In this document: positions 51,560 through 64,000 of the stretch, piece after piece
Layout of the letters: every line of letters begins with the position of its first letter
How positions within the stretch are numbered: the first letter of the stretch is position 1
Assembly (NCBI RefSeq): GCF_009914755.1
Contig: NC_060937.1
From: the human T2T-CHM13v2.0 reference genome, Homo sapiens
Length of the DNA stretch: 64,000 nt
Strand: one strand, 5' to 3'
Notes under the pieces: generated by a model
Databases searched by the model: none
The model's input: the letters and a program-made list of their open reading frames with translations, nothing else
What the model was told of the DNA's origin: nothing
Translations under genes and position numbers: made by a program

Positions 51560-52900
51560 GAAATACAACAGCTTGTAGAGAGAAAAATAAAACCTTCACA
51601 GTTATGATCACAGAAAAATTGGGACGTTGATAACAGACCAAGAAGGAAAATAGACACTGTGAAAACATAATGAAAATCATAAAGTACAGGGGAAAAAAGA
51701 GCAAGTACAACAAAGAAATATAGTTAAAAATTAATGTAGAAAAAAATAGCAGACATAAAAAGCATATAAGGATATCTAAATATGCATAATGAGTATCCCA
51801 AAGAGAAGAATTGAAATGGTAGATCATAAAAATATTTACAGATATAACTCAAGAAACCTTGCCAGAAAAAAAAAAGCTTGAAGCTATAGACATTAAAGGA
51901 CATATTTTCACAGGGGCATTAACACAAAAGGCTGTACACCAAGAGATACCCTACCTAGTAAAGCTATTGGAATGAGAAGAAAGTAGCCATTCAGACAAAA
52001 AGATCAAGCTACCTTTTTTTTTTTTTCATTGCAGAAAAGGCTTTACTAAGTATCTCATAAAAAAATAGAAACCATGAAATAAGTATCCATTTTCTCTAAA
52101 TAAACATTTTAAACTTCCATATAGAAATGTATCATAAATAAGGATGAAAGAGAAATACAAATTTGGGGAAATATTTGCAAAACAAAAGATTAATCCCTGA
52201 AACATAAAGAGCTCTATTGTTTTCAACAATGTCCTAGGGCACAAATTGCTCCACAAATGAATCAAATCAACTTTGCCCCCTTTGAAGGAATAGTTGCTGA
52301 GGTCACTGTTTGATATTTCTTCTGATCCTAGGAGGGCTCCTTCCAACTAAGAGAAAGTTAAAAAGCAAGCAGGTCAACCTCAGATTTCACAGCAACATTC
52401 AATGCCAGAAAACAGTGGAAAAGTACTTGAGTTTTCAATGAAAAACAAGACCCCAAAATATTTTAACTTCCTATCATTTGAGAATAAATGTAGTTGAAAA
52501 TAGAGTTTCCAGGAGCTCTTCTTGATAAAAACTAATAAATAAAAATTTTACTTAAGGAAGAGAAACCTATTGGAAAAGAACTAGCTATAGTTGTTGATTT
52601 TTTTAAGCATCAGACTAAGATTAAAATAAGTGTCAGGGTTGTGGTCATAGGACAGGTTGTAAATGTAATAAACCCAGTAAAAGTTGGAAAAAGAAGGATA
52701 GGAAGTGGAAGTTCATAATGTATGCAGACTTCATCTTTTATAACCAAGTTGTAATATATATCATTGAGTTTATAAACCAAATAATGAAGGCAGAAATATA
52801 CTTAAAGGTATAAAATGATAAAGAAATATAATCAACAAAAATCAAGTGGTTGGGAGTGGTGAGGAAGAAGGGACAATCAATATCACAATTTTTTTTATTT
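51560..52900 (+). mobile_element. HAL1 / L1-ORF1-like element, interrupted at 52014-52345
   Basis: Degraded ORF1 landmarks: atctaaatatgcataatgagtatcccaaag, aatatttacagatataactcaagaaacctt, tacaccaagagata...ctagtaaagctattgga, agacaaaaagatcaagctacc; resumes cctcagatttcacagcaacattcaatgccagaaaacagtgga. Confidence 0.65.
52014..52345 (-). pseudogene. Putative retroposed polyadenylated RNA fragment of unknown source
   Basis: T13 at 52014-52026; AGTAAA on the minus strand at 52042-52047, 15 nt from the tail; interrupts otherwise colinear HAL1-like sequence. Confidence 0.45.
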
Positions 52901-53019
52901 CAAAAACAAAGTCATTCAATAACTTCTAAAGAAATGGCTAATTAAATATATCAATCACATAAACTTTAATTTCATATCCTTGTAAAACCTCTGTGCAGGG
53001 CATTTAGGTAATAGTTACC

Positions 53020-53520
53020 AAAACTAAAACTGGGACACTATAGGATTTATTCCACAGATATACCTATATGTGTTAGGAAAATATTCATGGGGACATGTAT
53101 TATAGTGTTGCTAGCAATAAAAATATCTGAAATTATCTAAATGCCCATCTATATAAGATTCATTAAATAATCATATTTTGGCCCCTTAGATGATGGAATG
53201 CTCTATGGTTGTTAAAAAAACAAGAGTCAACTCTGAAACAATCTCCAAGATGTATAAGTGAAAAACCTAAGTATAGAACAGTGTGTATAGTATGCTGTCA
53301 TGTGAAAAAATATTTTTAAGAAGTAAAACACTTATGTGTATGCTTTCATTGGCACATAACTCTGAAAGAATATATACATAAAAATAACTAGCAATTTAGT
53401 TGACTCCATGGAAGGAAATGGAATGGAGAGACACAGATGGGAACAGGGCTATATTTTACTTTTTGAATTTTGTACCAAATAGATATATATATTAACTATT
53501 CAAAAATAAGAGCTTTATTT
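53020..53520 (+). mobile_element. L1ME-type 3' end, possibly the HAL1 tail
   Basis: gaaattatctaaatgcccatcta...atggaatgctctatggttgttaaaaa...gaaacaatctccaaga...aagtgaaaaa...tttgaattttgtacca. Confidence 0.65.
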
Positions 53521-53599
53521 TATAGCTAAATTGCTAAAGAAATGGACACATTTTTAAAAAGGAATGGGAGATGGGAAAGCAGACAGAATTTAGTATATA

Positions 53600-53610
53600 G
53601 TAGTATACTA

Positions 53611-53644
<34 letters not shown>
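53600..53644. repeat. (TA)n joined to poly-T
   Basis: tatatatatatatatatat followed by about 18 T. Confidence 0.9.
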
Positions 53645-53859
53645 GAGAAAAGTGGCTCTAGAGAGCTATAAGGAATTGGGAGATTTCCAAAATCAGAAGT
53701 GGTATAAGGAAAGGATTTAGTTCTGGGTTTTTTGTTGTTTTCTTTTTTTTCATATTTTCTGAATTATAGAGATATGAGCATTCTAAAGGACTACCGGAGT
53801 CAAGGTAGGGTGCTGGAGAGAAGAGTGAGAAAACAAATGTGCTCCTGAAATGTGACTGT

Positions 53860-54245
53860 GCCAGGTGGAAACTGCATTCAGCTGCTTGCAGCAAAGACAT
53901 GAAACAACAGGGTTTAAACAAGGGGCAAGCTTATTTTTTACTCATTACAATGATGGGCAGTCCAGGTGGCTCCACATTGTCATCAACACTCCAGGCCTCT
54001 TTTATCTTTGTCATACCACTCTTAACATATTCTCAAAGTCATACAGGATTACAGAACTGTCACTGAGGGATCACAATGAATGGAGAAAAGAGAAATATTG
54101 CTGTGTAGCTGTGTGTTTTCCTAAAACCCTCACCAAGTGACTCTCTGACACATCTCACAACCTACCTCCTCCCATCTGCAATGAGGACTGAGAAATGTAA
54201 ATTGGCAGTTGGGCATATTGATACCCCACAGAGCAGGGGCTTTTT
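53860..54245 (-). mobile_element. MLT1J-like LTR
   Basis: gcattcagctgcttgcagca...ggtttaaacaa...gggcagtccagg...gtcatcaacactccaggc...ctgagaaatgta...gttgggcatattg. Confidence 0.6.
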
Positions 54246-54249
54246 CCAG

Positions 54250-54776
54250 GGTAAAAGACCACCCTCCTCTACTACAACTTAAGGGATTGGAACACACCCA
54301 AATCTACTTTTAAAATACTTGTATGAAAGACACAGTTACCAGAATGAAATCCTTTTTGTCAGACCTGGACAAAACAGAGCTATGAAAGCCCAAAGGAAGG
54401 GAGGCTCATGCTTACATGTCTGAGATAAGAACTGTGTCCAAGGACTTCCTAAAAACTCATGTCGATCAAACATCTCCTCCTTTGATAAGTTTTATCACTA
54501 CACATGCTTCAGGACTGCAGTTATTCAGATAAGATGTTCTCGGAAGAACACTTGCCCAGGAATAATGACATCTCCACCAGTGAACTGACAATTCTGGCTT
54601 TGAACTTCTAGAGCCAGTGAACTCTGTTTCTAAGCAGCTTATGCAAATTTCTTTTTGCGAATAAAAGCTTCCCTTTAGCCTTCCCCTCACGGAATGCCTT
54701 GCCATTTCATGCAGTCTGGATTATAATCCTTATTTATATTCCTGAGTAAACAAAACATATTTACAGAAAATTTTCT

Positions 54777-54837
<61 letters not shown>

Positions 54838-54842
54838 TGACA
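54250..54842 (+). mobile_element. ERV1 solo LTR (MER67-like)
   Basis: ctacaacttaag...cccaaatctactttt...agaacacttgccca...aataaaagcttccctt...aattttctctagtg...aggttgaca; ends in CA. Confidence 0.7.
54781..54828. repeat. (TG)24 microsatellite
   Basis: Uninterrupted TG run inside the LTR 3' end. Confidence 0.97.
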
Positions 54843-55159
54843 TGGGCCTGTCCAGTTTGCCATAGGAATCTGAAGTTCTCACCCTTTGGAGTTTCCACTA
54901 GGGGTTAAAGCCTTGGTCTAGGAGACTATAAGTAAAATGAATGACAGTGACACTTCTATAATCCTGTGTGACTTTGAGAATATGTTAAGAGTGGTATAAC
55001 AGAAAGACAAAAGAGGGCTGGCGAGTTGATGACAATGTGCAGCTATCTGGACTGACCATCTCCAAGTTGTTGTTGAAGAGAGTTCACGTTTATATAAATA
55101 CTACCTATCTACAAATTCCATCAAGCCTAAGAAGGCGTGAATTGTGGTTTCCTGCAAGT

Positions 55160-55330
55160 AGAACTAGGCTGGGGTGCAGTAGCCCCAGCTGTGAGTTACT
55201 TCTGGGCTGTGAGTTACTTCTGTGAACTCTGACTTTGGTCATGCTACTCCCATTTTCTGGGCCTTACCTTCCTTGTCTCCCAAATGCAGCACTTTGTCTA
55301 AATTAACATTAAGTATCCTTGTGTCTCTAA
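55160..55330 (+). mobile_element. MIR fragment with an 18-bp tandem duplication
   Basis: tgactttggtcatgctact...tctgggcctta...ttccttgtctccaaaatg-like core; gctgtgagttacttctg at 55188 and 55206. Confidence 0.5.
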
Positions 55331-56790
55331 AGTCTCATGTAAACACTTTATTGGACTAGCTAATCTCCTCTTGGAATCAAAGGAAATTGGTAATTCAGTG
55401 GATGCCACAGGAAACAGAAGCCTCAAAGATTGGGAGGATGAGATGGGTGCCCATTCACAGGGACTTCCCAGGGGGCAGTAGGCATAGAAAGAAGCACCAA
55501 GATGAAGGCTTGGTCAATCTGAAAGTAGCCTGGGCCCCATGGAGCTCAGTGATTACAGAAAACCTAGAGTAGCACTCAGTGTGATGTGAAGTACAACAGA
55601 AAAATAAACACACACAGGAGCCAACCATTGACTAATAAAGAGCTAGATTAGAAATGATGTGGTAATTCACATATACACACCATCCCATATACATATATAT
55701 GTGCCATATATGTCAGATAACAGTACTAGAATGATATACTGTATATGTTTGTCAAATAGCCACTAAGTGTTTGCTGAAAAATAAAACATATTTAGGTGTT
55801 AATTGGCTCCATACGAACACCATTGCACTCTCTAAGATTTTGCTTTGGTTCTAGCAGAGCTGAATTTATGAGGCATCCAGGTATTTAAATGAAATCATGG
55901 TTCTAATTGATTGAATGCATAAAAGCAAAATGAGGCTACATAAATACCCTTAAAGTATAATGACTTGTGAAATAACATAAAATAGGGAAGACTCCACATC
56001 ATACATTCACAAGCTATGAAGCACACTAAGAGAAAAGTGAACCTCTACAAAACCCCTCCCCACCAAGTACAGGAACAATCTGGCTTGATGCTTCCATTGT
56101 TATTCAAAACTGGTTATCAGGAACAGTCCAACCTCCAAATGGAGGCCACAGCAAGCACGAGCTATAAAAGGCATTCGCCTGTCACTAACAGAATATGAAC
56201 AAGTTTAGCACATCAATTTTTCCACACTTGAAGTTTTCAGATGCAACTGTAAGGTGATTATCAGGGGATTTTTCAGGATAATAACTTTCCCTCTAAGTCT
56301 CTTTATCCAGGCATGATATACAAATGTGCGATATATCTTTTCTATAAGTAAACTGTTCCCTTGTTTCATAGTTACTCAGCAACAAATGATACATATATTA
56401 TCTTTCTGGAGAAAAAAATCAGGACTTATTTATTGCCAGGTAAACTCTTAGAAAACAGGCATTTTTAATTGATTATTCTGACAGTAAAATGAGAAAACAC
56501 TTTTTCATCATATTTCTTTTTTTTTTTTTTTTTTTTTACAAACTCCTTTTATCACTGTTTAGAATTCTAGCTATATTATCAAAAAGCTGCATTCAATTTT
56601 GGTACTTTGTCATCTTGACTCAAGAAAAAAAAATATCTGCCTGGGAAAAGCTGTTTAGTCAAAAGGAACGTTGTGGTATCTGAGAAAAAAAGTAAAAAAG
56701 AAATACATATAAATATTTAAGAACCCATACATGAAAACCCACATAAATATGTATGTAAATACATATAAATATAGATGGTAGTAATGCGAC

Positions 56791-57334
56791 TGATAGAGAC
56801 AGGAGACAGACAAATTCCTAGGAAGACAGGGATGGGTTTCCAGTGAAACTGGACCTTCAAGCCAAGGAGAGTTTAAAGCCTGAAACCTAGCTACCAGTTC
56901 TAGGTAGAATCTATGGACAAGAATGAGAACTTCCATCCTTGTCTTACCCACTCTCTTGATTGGTTAAAAGGCATCATTCAGAAAGAACCAAACAAATGGT
57001 GACTTTTCCAAGCTTACCTATAAACCAATCAGCATGCACTCCCCCATTCTAAGCCCACTAAAAACCCCAAACTCAGCCTCACACACAGCTCGCCACTCTG
57101 GGGTCCACACTTGCTGTCAAGACCTTTTCTTTCACTCAATAAATTATACTCTGCCTTATCCCCTCTCTAGTGTCTGCATACCTTATTCTTCTTGGTTGTG
57201 AGACAAGAACCCAGAACTCAAACTGTGGGAGTGAAATAGCTGTAACACTCCAGCTCACTGAGTTGCAGGTGGCAGGAGTAAAAGAGCTGTAACACTCCTG
57301 CCCACTGAACTACAGGAGTAAAAAGGGCGCAACA
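56791..57334 (+). mobile_element. ERV1 LTR9-family solo LTR
   Basis: tgatagagacaggagacagacaaattcctagg...aaccaatcagcatgcactccccc...caataaatt...repeated agctgtaacactcc...gcaaca. TG..CA ends; 4-bp TSD cgac/ctac. Confidence 0.8.
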
Positions 57335-57449
57335 CTACCATTAGGAGACACTAGTTCTGATAGTGTTTTCAAACTTAATACAAAATCTCAAGAATAAGAT
57401 GGAAGACTGTGCCAAATTATATGTGTCAAATTTTTTTAGTTTCATTTGC

Positions 57450-58080
57450 AATTGGCTTCTGAGAACTTTTTGTATGCCAGGGGCTGAGTTTGAAACTGGC
57501 ACAGAAAGATTATTTCTTCCTTCAAGGACATGCTAATCTAAAAGTAATGAGAGATGTAAAAATAAAATAAATATTTTATGGACTGAGAATTGCAAAAAAA
57601 GAGTCTATATATTTGCAAAAGAGTAAATGATTCATTCTAATTCCTAGATTGTGAAGTAAGTGATACCAGAGTATTATTTTGAGAGGATAGGATGTAGTTC
57701 ATAGGAGAAAGGAGAAAGAAAGAGGAGGTAATTCCAGGGGCAGTGGGCACAGAATATACAACAGCATGAAGATATGACAGATTATGAAGCTATCAAGGAA
57801 CTACAAATAATTAATTATTGCCAGAAGGTAAAATGTTGGCAGTAGGTAGTGATGGAAGGTCATGGCTGAAGAATGACACATAGAACAAATTAAGACTAAC
57901 CTTAAATATCATAGTCAGGAATTTGGAGTTTTTGAGAGGAAGGTAAAGGTTTGACGAGTTTTAAAAAGAAAAACAGTAAGATCAAGTTTCATACTGAGAA
58001 GTAGTAAAATAATTGCAACCAAGTGAAGGCCTGATTGAAGTCAAGAAAGCTAGTGAGGAGTCACGTTATAACTACTGGAC
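57450..58080 (-). mobile_element. L2 fragment
   Basis: tgtatgccagggg...ccttcaagga...attccaggggcagtggg...aaggaactacaaataatt...aggaatttggagtttt...gttttaa...agatcaagttt. Confidence 0.6.
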
Positions 58081-58104
58081 TAGTATACCCAAAGTTTCTC
58101 TAAT

Positions 58105-58572
58105 CCTACCCGTGTGTTAATTTCATCTTTATAACTCAGTTTCATCGTTCAAGATACAAAAATGACAAACTATAAAAGAATATACAGAAGTTTTATAGAT
58201 GCTCTTATTCAGAAGCCACCCAGGCCTGCAGGCAACCAATATGATTACTTTTTGTCTGTTCTTCCAGATATATTTGTGCCCATTCAAACACATATACTCC
58301 TGCACTCCATTTTTTATACAAATAGTCACATATTCAACATACTGTTCTGCATTTTGTTTTCATCATTATATATCTTGAAGATATTTCTATATTAATGAAA
58401 CACAAGCATCCTCAATCTTTTTAAACTGCTGCGTATATTTTCCAGTGCATATATGTACCACAATTTATTTAACTGGTCTTTTATTCAAGGGTATTGAGAT
58501 TGTTTCAGTGCTACAATAAATATCCTTTCATATATTTTATTTTACACCTGGACAATTATATCTTTAGAATTC
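58105..58572 (-). mobile_element. L1ME-type 3' fragment
   Basis: gtctgttcttccagatatt...catactgttctgcattttg...atatgtaccacaatttatttaac...gtgctacaataaatatcctt. Confidence 0.65.
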
Positions 58573-58574
58573 TG

Positions 58575-59720
58575 TTTCCATCATCTATTGCTGTATAACA
58601 AACTACCCCAAAACTTAGTACTAATTTTAAACTAACAATCATGGCAGTATCTCATAATTTGGCTCATATCTCATAATGGCTGCATGGCCCACCAAGGCTC
58701 AATCACACAGCTAGCACCCTCACAGGTAAAGTAGGAAGACTATACTCAACAGGAACAAGTACCCAGAGATATCTCACCCGGCCTCTCCAGCATGGTCATC
58801 TCAGGGTTCTTGAACTTCTTACATGGAGTCTCAGAGCTTCTAAAAAGGAATTAACTCACCTCAGCTCTGGTTTAGACAAACAGGACCTTACAGTCTAGAT
58901 AGTGTCATCTGTATCACGTGCAAATACAGACGATACTCTTCAGTGAAGATACCTGAGTATGGCTCTTCTCAACCTGAAGATTTGTGAACTAAAAACAAAA
59001 GCAAACCAAAAACTCTACTTCCCCTCCGTAATAACTAATACACAATGGAATAACAGACTAAATGATTGCAATGGACTCTCCCATTTAAAAATGGGGGAAA
59101 AGAAAAGCACATTTGGCAGTGTCTTGATTAGGGGCCAGTCCTACCTTGGAAATATTAAATCGTTCTCTCTGGCTCTTTCATTCACTTCCCGGGTTCTTGG
59201 AACTCACTTCTTGTTTATTTTTTATTTTCCATAACAAGAAAAACATTTTGGCTGTTGTGCAACATTATCAGCTTTCTTTCTACTCTCAGAGAATTGAGGG
59301 CTTATGGGTTGGTTTTTGTTTTGTTTTTCTTTTTAATATGTCTATTCCTTTTATTTCAAGTTCACAGTACTAATGCAATTCTCATATAAACTTTGTGGGA
59401 TCCCTGTGAATCTTAGTAAGTTTCACTATACTAAATAAAAGCCACACCACAAATCTCTCAACACAGGCTCTCTTGGATTTGGGATAGGGTCAAAATGGCT
59501 GTAGGAAAATATCTTAAAATTTTCTGGAAGGCTTTTTGTCTAACTGAGAGTTTCTATGAGACATGCCTTTAAGTCTTTCTGAAACCTTCATAAAGGGTCT
59601 TATAGGCATACTTTTGAGGTGGTCTTTGACTTATAGTCATTTTTAACTCGAAAGCCTTTTGGAGAAGGTGTGAATGAGAAGCAGTGTTCAAATAGCAAGA
59701 CATGGCTACCTTCTATTACT
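58575..59720 (-). mobile_element. Old MLT1 LTR remnant followed by MLT1 internal sequence
   Basis: tctattgctgtataacaaactaccccaaaacttagt; gcctctccagcatgg...acttcttacatgg; then int-like ctcaacctgaagatttgtgaactaaaa...ctcccatttaaaaatggggg...gtctaactgagag. Confidence 0.55.
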
Positions 59721-61319
59721 TTATATAAACAGAAAAGAGAAAAGGGTGACATTATAGAATATAATGTAAAAAGATTATAAGAGAATAAGATAATTATATG
59801 CCAACAAATTAGATATCCTAGATATAATAGACAAATTTCAAGAAAGAGACAAATTATTGAAACAGACTCATGAAGAAACCGAAAAATGTACATAGACTTA
59901 GAACAAGTAAAGAGATTGAATTAGTAATTTTAAAACTTTTAACACAAAAGCTCAGGTCCCCATGGCTTCATCAGTAAATTTTACCATACATTTAAAGAAG
60001 AATTACTACCAATACCTTAAAAACACTTCCAAAATATGGAAGAGAATGGAAACCTTTCTAATTCGTTTTATGAGGCCAGATATCAAAACCAAAGACATCA
60101 CACACACACATACACAAAAAAATCACCAAAGCTACATACCAATATCCCTAATGAGTACAGAGGCAAAAATCTGCCCCAAAATTACTAGCAAACCAAACTA
60201 GTAGCATGTACAATGGATTATTCACCATGATTAAATGAGATTTATCCAAGGAATGCTAGATTGATTTAGCATACAAAAGAAAAAGAAGAAGAATAAATGT
60301 AGTATACCATATTGATAGAATGAAGGAGGAAAAAAACTGCATTAGTATCTCAATAGGCACAGAAAAATGTTTGACAAAATCTAACACCATTTAAAGATAA
60401 AAAAGACCCAAACTAGTAATAGAAGGGAAATTTATCAACCTAATTAAGGTCATCTAAAAGAAAAAAAAGACAATAAACTACAGCTATTATCATACTTAAA
60501 GGTAAAGCTTTCCCTTTAAAATGAGGAACAAGACAAATTTCTACTCTAATTACTTCCATTCAACATGGTACTGGAGGTTCTAGTCACGGCGAAATCAGGC
60601 CAGAAATATTTCTGAAAGGCAGGATCCTGGGGAGGAGGGGTAGGGCAGAGAAAAGCATCCAGATTGGAAAGAAAATAAACTATATTTATTTTCATTTGAT
60701 ATACTCTTATAGATAATCTCAAAGAATCTGCAAAACATTAATAGTATACCAGAGCTAATAAGAATGTTCAGTAAGGTTGCAGGATATAAAAATCAGTTTA
60801 TATCTGTATATTAGCAATGAATAATCTAAAAATAACATTAAGATGACAAGTCCAATTATAATAGCATCAGAAACAATAAAGTACATAAGAATTTAATGAA
60901 AGACATAAGACATACATACTGAAAACTACAAAATATTTTTGAAAAAAATTAAGACCAAAATAAATGAAAACTGTGCTCATGGATTGGAAGGTTAATATTT
61001 TAAAGATGGCAATATTTCCCAAATTGATCTACAGATTTCATAATATCCCTATCAAAATGTTATCTGCCTTTTTACAAAGATGGACTGATTCTGAAATTGC
61101 AAGAGAATCAGAATAGTCAAAACAATCTTGAAAAAGGAGAATAAAATTAAAGGACTCACACTGCCTGATTTTATAGCCTATTACAAAGCTACAGTAATGA
61201 AGACAGTGTGAGACTTGCATAAGAATAGACTTATCTATCAAGGGAACAGAATTAAGAATCCAGAAGTAAACCTATCCATCTATGCTCAATTCATTTTTGA
61301 CAAGCATGCTAAGGCCTTT

Positions 61320-61819
61320 TGTATTAGTTTCCTGTTGCTGCTGTAACAAATTACCATAAATGGGGTAACTTAACAAAAATTTATTCTCTCAGTTCTGGAT
61401 GTCAAATGTCTGAAATCAAGGTGTTGGCAAGATCAAGATCCTCTCTAGAGGATCTGAGCAAGAATTTGTTCTTTGACTCTTACAGTTTCTAGTGGTTACT
61501 GCCTTTCTTGATTTGCAGCCCAATCCATCCAATCTCTACCTCTATCTTCACATCACACCTTCTCCTCTATGTGCTTGTGACTTTGCTTCTGTCACTTCTA
61601 AAGATAATTGTCATTGAATATAGGACCCATGAGGGTAATTTAGGATAATCCCATCTCAAAAACCCTAATTTAATTGCATATGCAAAGATCCAAATTAGGT
61701 ATTTAAGTTTCCAAATACAGCATTTGGATTTCAAATAAAGTATTATTCACAAATTCTGGGGATTAGGACATGAACACATCTTTTTTTTGGCAGGGGGGGT
61801 TACTACTTGACCCACTACA
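61320..61819 (-). mobile_element. MLT1C/D-type solo LTR
   Basis: tgtattagtttcctgttgctgctgtaacaaattacca...ggataatcccatctcaa...ttctggggattaggacatgaacacatc...cccactaca. Confidence 0.85.
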
Positions 61820-62135
61820 CTATGCAATAAAGAAATGAATGGTCTTTTGTTGTTGTTGTTAGCTAAGATTTATTTATTTTTAACTTGTATTTTAGGTTCA
61901 AGGGTACATGTACAAGTTTGTTACATAGGCAACTGCATGTTCACAGGGGTTTGGTGTATGGAGTATTTCATTACCCAGGTAATAAGCATAGTACCCAATA
62001 GATATGTCATCTGATCCTCTCTCCTCCCACCTTCCACCCTCAAGTAGGCCTTGGTGTCTGTAGTTCCCCTCTTTCTGAACATGTGTTCTCATTATAAGTG
62101 AGAACATGCAGTATTTGGTTTTCTGTTCCTGTTTA

Positions 62136-62216
62136 ATAGGTTAGTGCAAAAGTAATTGCGGTTTTTGCCATTTACCTCTTTATGGCAAAAACCACAATTA
62201 CTTTGCAACAACCTAA
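62136..62216. mobile_element. MADE1 (Hsmar1-derived mariner MITE)
   Basis: taggttagtgcaaaagtaattgcggtttttgccat...atggcaaaaaccacaattactttgcaacaaccta; about 80-bp palindrome; TA duplication at 62134-62135 and 62217-62218. Confidence 0.93.
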
Positions 62217-62401
62217 TAGTTTGCTTAAGATAATAGTCTTCAGCTCCATCCATGTTACTGCAAAGGACATGATTTCATTGCTTTTTATGGCTGCATAGTA
62301 TTCCATTGTGTATGTGTACCACATTTTCTTTATCCACTTTATCATTGATGGGCATTTACATTGATTCCATGTCTTTGCTATTGTAAACAGTGCTGCAGTA
62401 A

Positions 62402-62743
<342 letters not shown>

Positions 62744-64000
62744 GTGATTTATATTCTTTTAGGTATATACCCGACAATGGGATCGCTGGGTTGAATAGTC
62801 ATTCTGTTTCAAGTTATTTGAGGAATCACCACACTACTTTCCACAATGGCTGAGCTAATTCACAGCCCCATCAACAGTGTATAAGTGTTCCCTTTTCTCC
62901 ACAGCCTTGCCAGCATGTTGTTTATTGCCTTTCTAACAGCCAATGAATGGTCTTTTCAACAAATGGATACACAGTTGCTGTGACAACTGGATACACACAG
63001 GCAAATTAATGAATTTGGACCCCTATCTTACCTAAAGATTCAAAGACAGATTTAAGAGCTAGAACTATAAATGTCATAAAAGATATAGGCATAAATTTTT
63101 TGACATTGAATTAAGCAATGATTTCCTAGAAGTAATATCAAAAACATGAAACAACCAAAGAAAAAATAGGTAACTTACACTTCTTCAAAGCTTAAAATTT
63201 GTATATGCCAAAAGCTACTGTAAAGAAAGTATTTTTAAAAAGAGCCCACAATATGAGAAAATATTTGCAAATTATGTATCTGATAAGAAACTAGCGTTCA
63301 CCATATATAATGAGCACTTATAATCCAGCATTACAAAGATAAATAACCCAATTTTAAAATGGGCAAAATATTTGAATAGATATTTCTCCAAAGATAGCCA
63401 GTAAGCACATGAACAGATGTTCAACATTAGAAAAGTACAAATCAAAGCCACGATAAGACACCACTTCACATTTTCTAAATTGGCAATATTTTTGAATAGA
63501 AAACAAGTGTTGGCAAGGATATTGAGAAATTGGAACTTTCATACATTTCTGGTGGGATAGAAAATTGTGTAGTCACCTTGTAAAATGGCTTGCCAGTTTC
63601 TCAAAAAGTTAAATATAGAGTTACTATATGACCCGGAAATTCTACTCTTAGGAACACCCAAGATAATTAAAGCCATATGTTTACACAAAAACTTGAACAT
63701 GAATGTTTGCAAAAACATTACTCATAATAGGCAAAAAGTAGAAAAACTCAAATGTCCATCAACTGATAAATGAACAAATATGGTGTATCCATATAATGGA
63801 ATATTATTCAACTGTAAGAAGAAATTAAGTACTGATTCATAAAACAATACAGAAACAAAATGGAATGTTTGAATAGGAAAATACATAGAAACAAAAAGTA
63901 GTCGCCACGAGCTGGGAAAAGGAGGAAATTGGGAGTGACTGCAAAGAGTATGGGTTTCTTTTTGTGGTGAAAATATTCTGAAATTATATAGTCATGATGA

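Noticed and set aside
55188-55222. 18-bp tandem duplication
   Set aside because: Two copies within a MIR; ordinary slippage.

Overview
This is AT-rich, CpG-depleted primate (human-like) non-coding DNA, either intronic or intergenic. It is not prokaryotic. More than half is interspersed repeats: about 12 Alus (J, S and Y), L1PA and old L1M pieces, HAL1, L2, L3/CR1, MIR, MaLR/ERVL/ERV1 solo LTRs, a near full-length Tigger1, a MADE1 and hAT MITEs. Many insertions have readable target-site duplications (TSDs). I recognise no protein-coding gene, structured RNA gene, CpG island or CRISPR array. Nearly all listed ORFs are repeat-derived or chance. I found no solid evidence for a new biological system. 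The best leads are: a polyadenylated orphan insert in HAL1 (52.0-52.35 kb); several minus-strand exon-like segments in repeat-poor DNA, including a possible 9-nt microexon; an L1-derived minisatellite; a probable hairpin-loop micro-inversion in an LTR9-like element; and a multi-layer transposon nest at 59.7-64 kb. Subfamily names come from recalled consensus sequences and need RepeatMasker/Dfam confirmation. Boundaries of old elements are approximate.
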